Origin: a virus
Taxonomy: Duplodnaviria > Caudoviricetes
Direction: 5' to 3' (one strand)
Length of the DNA: 52,565 nucleotides
Virus record (IMG/VR): IMGVR_UViG_3300005662_000060
Coordinates: 1 to 52,565 of that record
The number at the start of each line of letters is the position of its first letter. The first letter of the stretch is position 1. The notes under the pieces are model-generated. The model saw nothing but the letters and a program-made list of their open reading frames with translations. It was not told the origin of the DNA and did no database searches. Positions 27,005 to 36,589 of this stretch are shown here, piece after piece. The translations under genes and the position numbers were made by a program.

Positions 27005-29778
27005 GTGACTACCTCTCTAAGAATCTTTTGGAAAACCTGCACCGGGATGTTATCTGCCCCGTCTCTGCGAATCATTCTCCAGTCCCAGAGCATGTTGACA
27101 ATACCATTTGCCTCTTCCCTTGAGACATTCAAGACGTCTTCAAGATCAGACCTTCTAAAGCTGGGTCTAGTTTTCATGAGCTTGGTCGCATTTGTATTCG
27201 ACCAAGCCCAAGCTTCCGCCTCAGAAACATGCCCCGATGCAATGATCTCGTCTCTTCTAAGCTCGTCACTGACATGCCAGTAGCCAAAACGTTCGTTGTC
27301 GTAAAGGGTTCTGACGAACTCATAAGCAGCTCTTACATGGGGCTTACGAACAACAACATTTTGATGTGACGCATCAGTGCTGAACAGTCGAGCCGCAATA
27401 GAAACTGCGATCCTGGCCAGCTTGATTCTGACGTTTGCCCCCTGAACCAGCGGCGGATCCTCTTTGTATTCCTTAGCTAACTCGAGGCTCTTGTCTAGTA
27501 CGAACTGCTCTGCACCACGAGCCCACTTGATTTGATCTGGCGTGCGGGACCACACCCAGAGCAAAAGATTCCTGCATAGTTCAGAGGTGTACTTGTGATC
27601 GACAGACTTGTGCTGAATCGTATTGATCGCTTCTGGATCCACGTCATCACTAAGAACCGCCATCGCCATGTCAAACCTTGCTACGTCTTCGTTGTTACCG
27701 ACGAGCGGCTTGATGCTGTAAACCCCATACGTGAAATCTTGCATCTTGGCATTTCTTGGATTGCCAATCCACAGCAACCGAGTCCTCGCAAGAGTTCTCT
27801 CGCTTTTGATCTTTGTTATCTGAGCCTCTCCGCTAGACCTGATGCTTGACATCTGAGCGATCTCTTCTGGAGTCAAACCGCTGATCTCGTCAAGCACCAC
27901 CATGCGTCGATCATTGAGCGGAATGCTTCCCCAGCTAACTTCCCAAACATTTGAGCTGAACTGCTGAACGCCACCAACGACACCAGCGAAACTAGCAGAC
28001 TCGCAAGTGATCATCTCGCCTAGACCGTAGTGCTGCCTCAACCTGTCTGCGGCTTCTGACTTACCAGTTCTTGTGTCGCCAACGATCATGCCGTCGAGCC
28101 ATCCCTTGCGGACGCTCTCGCCCAAGAAATTGAATCCAAGAACGCTATGGAAAACAAGATCCATAAAAACGTGCATCGTGCTTCGACCGTAGATCTTAGT
28201 GACATTAGAACTCATGTCATCCGCAATAAGGTCCAAACCGTAAAGCGGATCTTGGTTCTGAAAGATCTCAAGTTGAGAAGAAACCTCTGGAAGCATCTTG
28301 AACTTGTCGATGTCAGTCTCAACCTCGGCAACCTCCCAAGCCATAAACTCATTCATTTGGTTCTTGGGGTTTGGATGAACTGTGCCAACAACCTCAATCG
28401 TCGAGTTGGTCTTAGTGCTGTGACTGCTCGTACTGAAGATCCTACGACTCGTGTAATCTCCTGGATCTTTTGTTGTAATCTGCTGGTCGATGCTTGGCCT
28501 GACATACAGCTCTTCGACAGGCTGGAAAGAAGTCACTGTGACCTCTAGTCGATTGCACTTCTGGATGGAAGCCTTCTCTCGAAGTGAGTTGTGAACCTGA
28601 GCCTCTGTGCTGCCCATCATGGAAAGCAAGACTTCATCGTTCTGAGGAACAGAAGTTGAGAGGTTGCCACCAATATCGTTCAGCGGACAGAATCTACACT
28701 TCGCACCGGCATCCATTGAGCATGAAAAGTGAACTTCTTTTGGAAGCATGTACGGAGGATTTCTTTTGCCAGTAACGGTCACTCGCATCCTCATGCGCTG
28801 CCCATGATGATCGACGCCCATGCTGTCGACCACACGAACGTCTACGACGCCACGGTCCTCAACGACTTCACCGGGTGAGTTTTTCTTGGCAAGCTCCATG
28901 AGCTCTTCAAGATCCTGATGGTCGAATCCATCAAGGAAGAAGTCGGTGATATCTTTGCCATGCTTTTCTGTTGTCTCATATGGAAGATCGATCTCGTAAA
29001 CGGCAGCGGCAACTGAGCTCAGGATCTTTTTGATCTTTGCGTTTGCCCTCTGCCCTTTAGCGTCTGCATCGTGGCAGAGATAAACCTCACGCCCAACAAA
29101 GTTCTTGTTCCACTCTGGCTTCCAAACGTCAGCGGCTCCGGTCCGAGTGATCGAGTTGAATCCGTGCTGCCACAAGATGAGCGAGTCAAGCTCACCCTCG
29201 CAGATCAAGATGGGATCGGGGTCGAGAAGATGATCTACGGGGTAGAGGGTTGGCTCTCCATGCCCTCTTACGCCCCAGATCTTTCTGCGTTCCTCTTGCG
29301 GGTCGAGCTGGTAGAACCTGATGTTGACGAGCTCACCTTCCGAGTTCCTGACTGGGATGGTGTAAGCGCCACGCTGATCATCCCAGCCAATCTCGTATTC
29401 ATCGAGAGTTTCGGCATCAAGTCCTCTACGAGAGATGAAATCCTCTCGTTTTTGTGATCTAGCGTGAAGCGAAGAGACCCATGTTCTGACGTGATGGTCA
29501 GAATAAGGGAATTTTTCTTGCTGCTTTTGTCGATCGGATGATCCATCTTGGTCACCTTTCATACCTAGTTCGTTCATCTCTTTTACAAGCAAAGAAATTC
29601 GACCGCCAAGCTCGCAAGCCTGACAGAACCAAACTCCGAGATTGACATTGACGCTTGCGCTTCTCTTCTGGTCATCATGGAGAGGACATCTCATGCCCCA
29701 CTCGCCATCAGAGTTTGGACCGCTGCCCTCGAGGAAGGGCTTCAGAAGTTCTAGCTGAGCACTCGTTACCCGTGCCAA
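27001..29778 (-). CDS. Primase-helicase: CHC2 zinc finger, TOPRIM and MCM-like AAA+ domains
   Basis: CPLHDD..SAS...WFCQAC, ICEGELD, DAD..G, GDTRTGKS, VVLDE and ARFD motifs. Start placed at TTG 29778 after GGGGAG. Confidence 0.9.
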   Translation of the reverse strand: MARVTSAQLELLKPFLEGSGPNSDGEWGMRCPLHDDQKRSASVNVNLGVWFCQACELGGRISLLVKEMNELGMKGDQDGSSDRQKQQEKFPYSDHHVRTWVSSLHARSQKREDFISRRGLDAETLDEYEIGWDDQRGAYTIPVRNSEGELVNIRFYQLDPQEERRKIWGVRGHGEPTLYPVDHLLDPDPILICEGELDSLILWQHGFNSITRTGAADVWKPEWNKNFVGREVYLCHDADAKGQRANAKIKKILSSVAAAVYEIDLPYETTEKHGKDITDFFLDGFDHQDLEELMELAKKNSPGEVVEDRGVVDVRVVDSMGVDHHGQRMRMRVTVTGKRNPPYMLPKEVHFSCSMDAGAKCRFCPLNDIGGNLSTSVPQNDEVLLSMMGSTEAQVHNSLREKASIQKCNRLEVTVTSFQPVEELYVRPSIDQQITTKDPGDYTSRRIFSTSSHSTKTNSTIEVVGTVHPNPKNQMNEFMAWEVAEVETDIDKFKMLPEVSSQLEIFQNQDPLYGLDLIADDMSSNVTKIYGRSTMHVFMDLVFHSVLGFNFLGESVRKGWLDGMIVGDTRTGKSEAADRLRQHYGLGEMITCESASFAGVVGGVQQFSSNVWEVSWGSIPLNDRRMVVLDEISGLTPEEIAQMSSIRSSGEAQITKIKSERTLARTRLLWIGNPRNAKMQDFTYGVYSIKPLVGNNEDVARFDMAMAVLSDDVDPEAINTIQHKSVDHKYTSELCRNLLLWVWSRTPDQIKWARGAEQFVLDKSLELAKEYKEDPPLVQGANVRIKLARIAVSIAARLFSTDASHQNVVVRKPHVRAAYEFVRTLYDNERFGYWHVSDELRRDEIIASGHVSEAEAWAWSNTNATKLMKTRPSFRRSDLEDVLNVSREEANGIVNMLWDWRMIRRDGADNIPVQVFQKILREVVT

Positions 29779-29809
29779 CGACTCCCCTTTCCCCCCGGAA
29801 GTCTGCGGG

Positions 29810-30088
29810 TTAGTGAGATGCCTCTTGGCGATCCTTAGCGTCGTAGAACTCACGCTTTGTCTGCGTGAAGGTGCGATTGTACTCTCGTGGATCAACACGA
29901 GCCTCGCCAGCGGTGAAGTCGTCGATGCAGTCGACCAAACCATCGCTCACTCGGAAATACCAATAACAGGTATTACCCTCAAAGCGAGTGTCTTGGGTCG
30001 AATGACCACGCATCTTGAGATATGTCACAAGAGCCATGTCATTCGTCTTATGGAACTCATGGAGATCACTATGATCCGAAGCTACCAT
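29810..30088 (-). CDS. Small hypothetical protein (DUF5659-like)
   Basis: T.D..LV.YL...G pattern; RBS AAGGAG. Confidence 0.65.
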   Translation of the reverse strand: MVASDHSDLHEFHKTNDMALVTYLKMRGHSTQDTRFEGNTCYWYFRVSDGLVDCIDDFTAGEARVDPREYNRTFTQTKREFYDAKDRQEASH

Positions 30089-30119
30089 GATCTTATTCTC
30101 CTTTAGGTTTGCGTCGGTC

Positions 30120-30160
30120 GGGGTGGCACAGTAGCACCGACGGCACTACTGCACCACCCC
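30120..30160 (-). terminator. Hairpin downstream of the SSB gene
   Basis: Imperfect stem ggggtgg.cagtag ... ctactg..ccacccc. Confidence 0.5.
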
Positions 30161-30166
30161 ACAAGA

Positions 30167-30829
30167 TCAGAAGAGTTCCTGATCACTCTCTCGCAACCGA
30201 GCGATGAGTGCTGGCTTGGCACCCTTGGCGTTCAGCTCACGGTCCTTGAGCTCCTGACGAAGCTCTGCAAGCGACCACGTCTCGTAGTCGTCATCGGCTT
30301 CCTCAGAATCGTCAGACTCGTCAGACTCGTCAGGCTCGTCTTCGTCTTCGTCTTCCAGATCGTCGTCGTCTGAATCTTCGATGTCGTCGGACTCATCGAA
30401 GTCTTCGTCTTCGTCGTCGAGGTCATCGTCATCTGCAGCGGCGCTAACCCGCGCCACTTCAGCGGTCGGATTGCCCTCGTACTCGCCACGCTTGACCTGC
30501 ACAACGATGGAGTCTCCGAGGATCTCTTCAAGATCGAGAACGCCCTTGCGCTTGCGGCTGGATGCTACACCGACAGCCTGAAGGAACTGATCGAGCTTCC
30601 ACTCTGCTGCCTTGGTCAGCACGATCCGATCCCAGAGCTTCTTGTTCTTGTGCTCTCCAGTAGCGATCTCGTAAACCAAGGTGATCATCTCGTCACCCTT
30701 GCGGCTCTTGCCGAGAGATGCGTCGTCGATGCGACACACATAGGTACCGGGAGGCGGAGGCTCGAAGCTCGTTCCGGTTGCACTTGCCTTTGCCGGATCT
30801 GTATCCGACACGTCAAACTTCAGCTTCAT
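30167..30829 (-). CDS. ssDNA-binding protein (DUF669-like) with an acidic linker and C-terminal SAP-like motif
   Basis: PPPGTY.C.I...S.KG.EM OB-fold start; long D/E tract; WSLAELRQELKDRELNAKGAKPALIARL. Confidence 0.8.
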   Translation of the reverse strand: MKLKFDVSDTDPAKASATGTSFEPPPPGTYVCRIDDASLGKSRKGDEMITLVYEIATGEHKNKKLWDRIVLTKAAEWKLDQFLQAVGVASSRKRKGVLDLEEILGDSIVVQVKRGEYEGNPTAEVARVSAAADDDDLDDEDEDFDESDDIEDSDDDDLEDEDEDEPDESDESDDSEEADDDYETWSLAELRQELKDRELNAKGAKPALIARLRESDQELF

Positions 30830-31611
30830 TTCGTGACCTTTCGTCTTGTCGAAGTTGTCGATCGGCGGCGTGCTGTCGCACTACCGCCAGCAGCAACCCT
30901 AGTTGCCATTGCCTGCTCAAGCAAAGGGATGGTGGGATCTTCAAGCTTCCCGGGCATACCGGGGAAGCGACCCTTTGCTAGATACTTGCCTGTCTTTTCG
31001 GTGTAAAGAATTCTCTTTGCTGCACCTTCCTTTCTCTGAACCATCAGATAACCCACGACGTTCATGTAGCCGCAGACCTTTTGACTGAGGGCGCCCTGAC
31101 CGCCTTGAAGCATGGGAAGATACAAGATCTTTCCATCAAGATCCTCAGTCTTCATAACGTGAGCTGTGAAGCCAACGTGCATAGGAAGCTTCTTGAATGA
31201 ACGAATCATTGTCGAAATTCGATTTTGATTCACCAGATACTCATGCTGGTCTGGAACCCAACGGTTGCGATGTGGCTTGTCCTTCACCAGATCAGCCATG
31301 ATGTCGTCCATGGCTTGATCCTGAAGGAGCGTCAAGTTATCGAGCCATACCCAGTCATACTGCTCATGACCTTCGTGGCGTAGATATTCCCAAGCCTGAT
31401 CGATGTCGTCATATCCGGGACAAACCCAAACATCTGCCTGACTGCCCATCGCCGCAGCACTCATGGTCTCGCTGGCATCGCTGGTCAAGATCAGAGCCTT
31501 GGGGCTAGTTCCAGCAAAAACCGTCTTCCCCACACCGGGCTCTCCATAGATCATGAGCCTATGGAACCTGTCCTCTTCTCCCATCGGCCGGATGGCTTTT
31601 GGTCTGGTCAC
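30826..31611 (-). CDS. AAA_24/Sak4-like ATPase (single-strand annealing recombinase)
   Basis: IYGEPGVGKT, WLDNLT and TAH motifs; sits between the nuclease and SSB genes. Confidence 0.85.
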   Translation of the reverse strand: MTRPKAIRPMGEEDRFHRLMIYGEPGVGKTVFAGTSPKALILTSDASETMSAAAMGSQADVWVCPGYDDIDQAWEYLRHEGHEQYDWVWLDNLTLLQDQAMDDIMADLVKDKPHRNRWVPDQHEYLVNQNRISTMIRSFKKLPMHVGFTAHVMKTEDLDGKILYLPMLQGGQGALSQKVCGYMNVVGYLMVQRKEGAAKRILYTEKTGKYLAKGRFPGMPGKLEDPTIPLLEQAMATRVAAGGSATARRRSTTSTRRKVTK

Positions 31612-32609
31612 TTGTCCTCCTTGATTTCTTCTGAGTGATCTTCATATGGATCCCAAGTGGTCATCGTCATATCTCTGACAGACTCCCAATCTGACTTAGT
31701 CTCGTGAACCTCACACATGTCACGAAACTCACAGAATCCACAATGTCGAGCCGGGTTCTTGTAAATGAAGAAATCACCAGACTTTGCCTGTGCAATCTCC
31801 ATCATCTCCATGAGCACTCGGTCATAGACAGACTGCCGATCGGCGTCTGTTCTAAAGGTGTACTCCCTCTTGAACAGAGGGGTCGGTTGATTCTTGCTGA
31901 CGGACCCGTCCCTGTTGATCGCCAAACCGTCTTCGTTTTTGGCCCTGCGATCTGGCATTGCTTTGCGAAGTCGATTGTAAAGAACGAAGTCGAGATCCAA
32001 AGCTGACTCAATGACTCCCTGATGAACAAGAAACATTGCGCCGAAAGTCCAATATGAACCAGCTTGCTCGTCCATTATCAATGGAGCACCAAACGGATCA
32101 AGAGAGGCTCCGGTCTTGTGCTCGAAAAATCCGATGCGACCAGTTCTCATATCTCGGATGACGGCATCAACAGTTCCAGTGAAGATGCCAAGATGCTCGT
32201 CTTGGTCATCGTAGATGTCAAGCTGGAATGTTTGCTCTGGGCTGATGATTTCATAGTTCTTGTCTGCGCCATACTCTTCGTAATACGCAGCCATCATCGA
32301 ATGCCCGAGCTGGTAAGCCCCGACGCCCTCTGGAAACTCTCTAGTTTCCTTTAGGATCTGCCAGTCTTCATTGCCATCTGCGATCCATTGCTGCCAGACC
32401 TTGTCCCAGATCTTTACTGGATGGCCCCCACGCCTCTTGCCGGGTTTGTAGAACTTCTCGAGAGCCAAGTGGATCAAAGATCCGAACTTGAGGGCGCTCG
32501 AAGATCCGTCACGCTTTCTGAGGCGTTGATTCCAGCCCCACTCCCACTTCTGTCGACATTCACGCCAAGTTGAGAGTTCGCTATTACGAACTACAATAAC
32601 TTCTGTCAA
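31608..32609 (-). CDS. Cas4-like PD-(D/E)xK exonuclease
   Basis: N-terminal C, GSLIH..LE, G.VD...EHKT, Q...Y and C-terminal C..C.F...C. Confidence 0.88.
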   Translation of the reverse strand: MTEVIVVRNSELSTWRECRQKWEWGWNQRLRKRDGSSSALKFGSLIHLALEKFYKPGKRRGGHPVKIWDKVWQQWIADGNEDWQILKETREFPEGVGAYQLGHSMMAAYYEEYGADKNYEIISPEQTFQLDIYDDQDEHLGIFTGTVDAVIRDMRTGRIGFFEHKTGASLDPFGAPLIMDEQAGSYWTFGAMFLVHQGVIESALDLDFVLYNRLRKAMPDRRAKNEDGLAINRDGSVSKNQPTPLFKREYTFRTDADRQSVYDRVLMEMMEIAQAKSGDFFIYKNPARHCGFCEFRDMCEVHETKSDWESVRDMTMTTWDPYEDHSEEIKEDK

Positions 32610-32680
32610 TTCTCCTCCTCATAAACCCGTCGTCGCAACGGGACGGAGCAAGTCTAGCAGCGGCACACTTCTTTAGCCAG

Positions 32681-32831
32681 ATAAAGAAAAATAAAAATGT
32701 CATCAGCGCGAGTGCGCGCGAGAGCGCATAGCCCGAGCCTCTATTGAGGCTTGTTGTTGCGAGCACAAATGACCCAGTTAGTCTTTTGCTCTCGCAGGCG
32801 CTCGAGTGTTGACATTTTTATTTTTATTTTT
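32681..32831. repeat. Inverted-repeat element 1 (about 45-bp arms)
   Basis: aaaaataaaaatgtca..cgcgag.gcgcgcgagagc ... gctctcgcaggcgctcgagtgttgacatttttattttt; homologous to 47859-48058. Confidence 0.85.
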
Positions 32832-34557
32832 GTCTAGAGTCAAGAACTCTAGCATTGATCGTTTCTTTGGTGATGTTACCTTTGCGGATTCTCTCTTCGA
32901 TAGACTCTTTGGTGATGATTCTGTAAATAGAAACCTGAGTTTCTTTACTGCCTCGATGAGCCCGGTCCTCTGCCTGCTCTTGATCGTCAGGATTCCAAGT
33001 CTCGTCTAGGAACACGACGGTGTCTGCCCTGTCGAGCGTGATGGCAACGCCTCCGGCATTGGTGTTCATCAGGAACACATCTACTTCTCCAGACTGAAAC
33101 CTTTCGATCTCAAGGCTTCTCTTTTCTGAAGAAACTTCACCAGTGATCTTTGCCGTTGCGACTCCGTTTTTGTTCAGCCATTGCTCGACCATATTGATCA
33201 TTCTTGTGAATTGACTGAACACAATGACCGGGCTGGCGTCAGAAGCTCTGTCCGGGATGCCACGCTCTTCCAATAGCCCCCACAGAACAGGCAGCTTGCA
33301 ACTGTCTTCTGTCGGATAAAGATTCAGAGTTGAATCTTGACCTTTATCAACTCGCTGAGTGGCGCCAGCGAACTGACGCAGTCTTGTGTAGAGAGCAAGA
33401 ATACTTAGAGCATCGAGCTGCTCCTCTTCAATCTCGATCTCTCCGTTTGCCTCCCACTCTTGGTATTGAGTCTTCTGCTTTTTATCCATATCGACATAGA
33501 GGTCGATGTATTGCTTTGGGGGAAGCCACTTCATTATTTCAGACTTGACTCTGCGAGTGCTGTATTGGGCCATCATTCTAGAGAAGTCTTCTTGCTTATG
33601 CGACTTGACGTCTCCGATGACTTTGCCGAATCCATTGTCGTAGATGTTGAGCCAGTTGCCAGCGAAAGCCCACTTGCTCGGGAAGCTATCTGGATACAAG
33701 AAGTTCAAGACGGACCAAAGCCTGATGGGTTTTCCTCCCATCGGAGTTCCACTGAGAGCAATGCGCTTCTCTGCCTTGATCTTGACGAATGACGAGTAGG
33801 CGAGCGTCTGGCTGTTGCCAAGTCCCATTCGATGAAACTCATCAATGACCAAAACGCCCCAGTCTACTTCGTAAATCCATGGGTATTTAGAAGTTCCGTC
33901 TTGTTTTTGCTTGATCGCTTCTGGGTTTGCCACCAGCCAGCAGGCAGCGCCCTTTTGGGAAGCCCGCTGTACGTCCTGCAAGGGGTCTCCCTGCCCCGTG
34001 ACGGACGCTATTGGTACCCCCATACCAGACAGCCACCTGAATGCCTCAGACAGCCACACAGGGGCTAGGGCGGTCTTCGGAGCTACGACAAGAACAGGGG
34101 TCTCATCCAAACCAGCCTCGAATATCGAAGCGATAGTCTCAACCGTCTTTCCTGTTCCGGGTTGATTTGTGTTCATGGGGTGCAGAGCACGAGCCATAAA
34201 CGCAATGTCAGCTCGCTGATAACCTCGTGAGCTGATGTATGTGTAGAGCTCTGGATGAAGCTCTGGGAGCATCGTCAGCTCTGCATCATCAGCCGTGCTC
34301 AAAGAGATCAACTCTTCTGCCAAGGCTATTTGCTCATTGACCCATGTGCGAATTTTAGGGTCGAACAAAAGATTAGAAGAGTCGAAGTTTTCATGCAGTG
34401 AAAACCATGAGTCAACCGTTGCTGGAATTGACCAAACTTTTTGACGGGCGACCCAGTTGGATCCGCCGATCCTTTTGATGGCGTTTACTAGGAATGGATC
34501 GTATCCAAACTCGCAAAGCCACCTTCCGTTGCCACGGGTGATTTTGACCTTTTCCAT
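32824..34557 (-). CDS. SNF2-family (SF2) helicase
   Basis: PGTGKT, DEFH, LSGTP, IVFSQF, GGVAITL and QAEDRAHR motifs. Confidence 0.93.
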   Translation of the reverse strand: MEKVKITRGNGRWLCEFGYDPFLVNAIKRIGGSNWVARQKVWSIPATVDSWFSLHENFDSSNLLFDPKIRTWVNEQIALAEELISLSTADDAELTMLPELHPELYTYISSRGYQRADIAFMARALHPMNTNQPGTGKTVETIASIFEAGLDETPVLVVAPKTALAPVWLSEAFRWLSGMGVPIASVTGQGDPLQDVQRASQKGAACWLVANPEAIKQKQDGTSKYPWIYEVDWGVLVIDEFHRMGLGNSQTLAYSSFVKIKAEKRIALSGTPMGGKPIRLWSVLNFLYPDSFPSKWAFAGNWLNIYDNGFGKVIGDVKSHKQEDFSRMMAQYSTRRVKSEIMKWLPPKQYIDLYVDMDKKQKTQYQEWEANGEIEIEEEQLDALSILALYTRLRQFAGATQRVDKGQDSTLNLYPTEDSCKLPVLWGLLEERGIPDRASDASPVIVFSQFTRMINMVEQWLNKNGVATAKITGEVSSEKRSLEIERFQSGEVDVFLMNTNAGGVAITLDRADTVVFLDETWNPDDQEQAEDRAHRGSKETQVSIYRIITKESIEERIRKGNITKETINARVLDSRQK

Positions 34558-34572
34558 TCTACCTCCGAAACT

Positions 34573-34609
34573 GACCGGGGACGTCCCTGAAACAGAGACG
34601 TCCCCGGTC
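34573..34609 (-). terminator. Intrinsic terminator-like hairpin
   Basis: gaccggggacgtc / gacgtccccggtc perfect 13-bp stem downstream of 34660..35394. Confidence 0.7.
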
Positions 34610-34659
34610 GCTCAATGCAGATCATTCACGACGTAAAGATCTGCAGGTTTGATGTTGGT

Positions 34660-35394
34660 TCAGCGAGCAGCCACCTTGAGGATCGAGGAAACCACGATCA
34701 CGTACTCGTTCTCCTCAGCGTCGGAAACCATGAGTTCAGCACCGTCTCCCTCGCCAGTGAAGTCAAGCAGGTCTGCCACCTTCACTCGCTTCTGTGCACC
34801 GCCGCTCTTGTAGGTGATGTTCTTGCCGACGACAGCCGCAGCGATCTCCTTGAGGTCATTGAGACCTGCGATCTTTGCGGCAGACTGCGAAAGCCTATCC
34901 TCGCTGGCCTCGGCTGCCTTGCGTGCCGTCGTCTGCTTCTTGGATGCCGCAGCCTTCTTCACGGCAGCGTCAGTGTCTTCGCCAGCACGATCGGGAGGCG
35001 TGACCCCATCCGGGTAACGACCACCCTTGCCGATGCGATTGCCACGAGTGGAGTTGCCCGTGGCCTTCTCGTAAAGATTGCGACAGCGAGTCTCGCTCAG
35101 GCCGGTGCGGGCCATGATCTGACCCCAAGACAGGCGATCCTCATTGCGTGCGGCAGCGATCTTGACCGACAGCTCATCATCTGTGGCGGCCTTGATCCGG
35201 TCCTTGGGTCGAACCGTTGCCTCCATGTGAAGCAGCATTGCCCGACCCGTCGAGGTTCCGAAAGTGGAAGCGATATCTTCCCACTTCTGCCCCTCTTCAC
35301 GAGCCTGGACGATCTTGTCCGCAAGCTCAGTTCGTGCAGCCTTTCGCTCCTCTGGAGTCAGCTGATCTTCAGTGTCATTGCTCTTTGCAGGCAT
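34660..35394 (-). CDS. Putative DNA-binding protein (HTH-like, RG.R.GKGGR motif), paralog of 42887 and 46066
   Basis: Two HTH-like segments (WEDIA..FG.S.G and SWGQIM..TGLSE..CR), RGNRIGKGGRY and an Ala/Lys-rich linker. Confidence 0.7.
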   Translation of the reverse strand: MPAKSNDTEDQLTPEERKAARTELADKIVQAREEGQKWEDIASTFGTSTGRAMLLHMEATVRPKDRIKAATDDELSVKIAAARNEDRLSWGQIMARTGLSETRCRNLYEKATGNSTRGNRIGKGGRYPDGVTPPDRAGEDTDAAVKKAAASKKQTTARKAAEASEDRLSQSAAKIAGLNDLKEIAAAVVGKNITYKSGGAQKRVKVADLLDFTGEGDGAELMVSDAEENEYVIVVSSILKVAAR

Positions 35395-35443
35395 GTTCCT
35401 GTCTTCTCCTCTGGTTGTGTCCGTCAGGTCTAACGGTCTTTTG

Positions 35444-35472
35444 ATACTAGCTGCTTGAGACTTCTGTCACAA
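35444..35472 (-). promoter_or_regulatory. SigA-like promoter
   Basis: TTGTGA-cagaagtctcaagcagc (17)-TAGTAT upstream of 35394. Confidence 0.55.
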
Positions 35473-35949
35473 CTCCCATAGATAGTAGTTGCCGATGATT
35501 CCATCGTAATACCAGACATCACTTCCGCGAAACTTTGGGTCCTTAGAGATCTTGCGCTCCAAGAATTCTCTGAGGGTCTCCCACTCACGCACAGTCATCT
35601 TATCGCCCAACATGAAACGATTTCTATCCCAGTCAAAACTGAACACGATGTCTCGATCGTCAGGAACTGGAGACTCTCTGAAACACTCGTCCCATTGCAG
35701 CCATCTCCACCCAGCGATCGAGTGACTGCTGAAGCCCTCGACAGCGATCGAGTCATTCGGCCAAACGGCCACGATGACCGCACACATACCGAGCAATACC
35801 TCAGGAATTTCGTCGAGCTTGTTGACGTCGAAGTAACCAGCCCAACCGGCGTACTGAACTGTGCCAGTAGTGACGTCTGCTGATAGAACATCGCCCAGCC
35901 AGAGACCTACGTCTTCTGGTAGTTCTTCAACAATGTCTGACATCTGCAT
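35467..35949 (-). CDS. Hypothetical protein
   Basis: 160 aa ORF packed in the leftward operon. Confidence 0.7.
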   Translation of the reverse strand: MQMSDIVEELPEDVGLWLGDVLSADVTTGTVQYAGWAGYFDVNKLDEIPEVLLGMCAVIVAVWPNDSIAVEGFSSHSIAGWRWLQWDECFRESPVPDDRDIVFSFDWDRNRFMLGDKMTVREWETLREFLERKISKDPKFRGSDVWYYDGIIGNYYLWEL

Positions 35950-35952
35950 AGC

Positions 35953-36267
35953 CTACTTGTCTCCTTGTTCCGTTATGTTTTTGAGCTCTTCACGATAAAG
36001 CTGTGCAAACTCTGTGGGGTGATTCTTCTCTAGGCGTTTAGAAGCGAGCTTGAGGGCTCGCTCTCTGAGCGCATAGCTCTTGCCGAGAATACTCTTGCGG
36101 AATTTACGCATCTTCTCGGCGTTGCCCTTCTTGCAAAGATCGCAACGACATCCAAGATTGTATGTTCTTGGCTTGCCGTGGTCACTTTCGTGCCACTTGA
36201 GCTCAACTGGCTCTTCTGGGTTCCACGGCGTTGGGTTTTCTGGTGTGCCAACCAATTCATCCTCCAA
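35953..36267 (-). CDS. Hypothetical zinc-binding protein
   Basis: HG...TY..GCRC..C motif. Confidence 0.7.
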   Translation of the reverse strand: MEDELVGTPENPTPWNPEEPVELKWHESDHGKPRTYNLGCRCDLCKKGNAEKMRKFRKSILGKSYALRERALKLASKRLEKNHPTEFAQLYREELKNITEQGDK

Positions 36268-36589
36268 GATCTCTTGGCTTCACGGGTGAGGGTAGTGGTT
36301 CGACATTTGCCCATTCCTCCCAAAGCTCAAATGTCAGATCGTCAATAACAACTCTCGCATCTACGTCTTGCTCATCTGATAGATAAGCGACGTAAGGCTC
36401 TGAGTCTGGTGCCTCTATCAGAACCCTTCCGGTCCAGAGCGTGCGGGACCTGAAGAGTCCAAATTCATCTTCGAGCTCTTCTCGGTAAAGCTCTAGCAAT
36501 TCAAGAGTTCTCTTCTGAGAGCTCTCGCTCTGCAAGCACCATTCACGAGTGATGTCGATGATGTTTCCGTCTTGATCAGCTAAGGGCAC
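36257..36589 (-). CDS. Hypothetical protein
   Basis: GTG at 36589 after GGAGG; acidic sequence. Confidence 0.6.
   Translation of the reverse strand: MPLADQDGNIIDITREWCLQSESSQKRTLELLELYREELEDEFGLFRSRTLWTGRVLIEAPDSEPYVAYLSDEQDVDARVVIDDLTFELWEEWANVEPLPSPVKPRDLGG

Noticed and set aside
29779-29943. N-terminal extension of the primase-helicase given in the ORF track
   Set aside because: It overlaps the better-supported 29810..30088 gene; a TTG with an RBS at 29778 is more plausible.
31608-32609. Cas4-like gene as evidence of a CRISPR-Cas system
   Set aside because: No cas1/cas2 or array is present; it sits in the usual nuclease-Sak4-SSB phage recombination module.
32698-32814. MITE interpretation of the TGTCA...TGACA inverted repeats
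   Set aside because: The inverted symmetry continues outward through the A-tracts instead of giving a direct target-site duplication, one arm overlaps the helicase stop codon, and no transposase is present. It is not fully excluded.
34615-35433. Long antisense ORFs (e.g. 34615..35433 +, 42977..43666 +, 4423..5220 -, 5340..6026 -)
   Set aside because: These are shadow frames of well-supported genes on the opposite strand, with no motifs or RBS.
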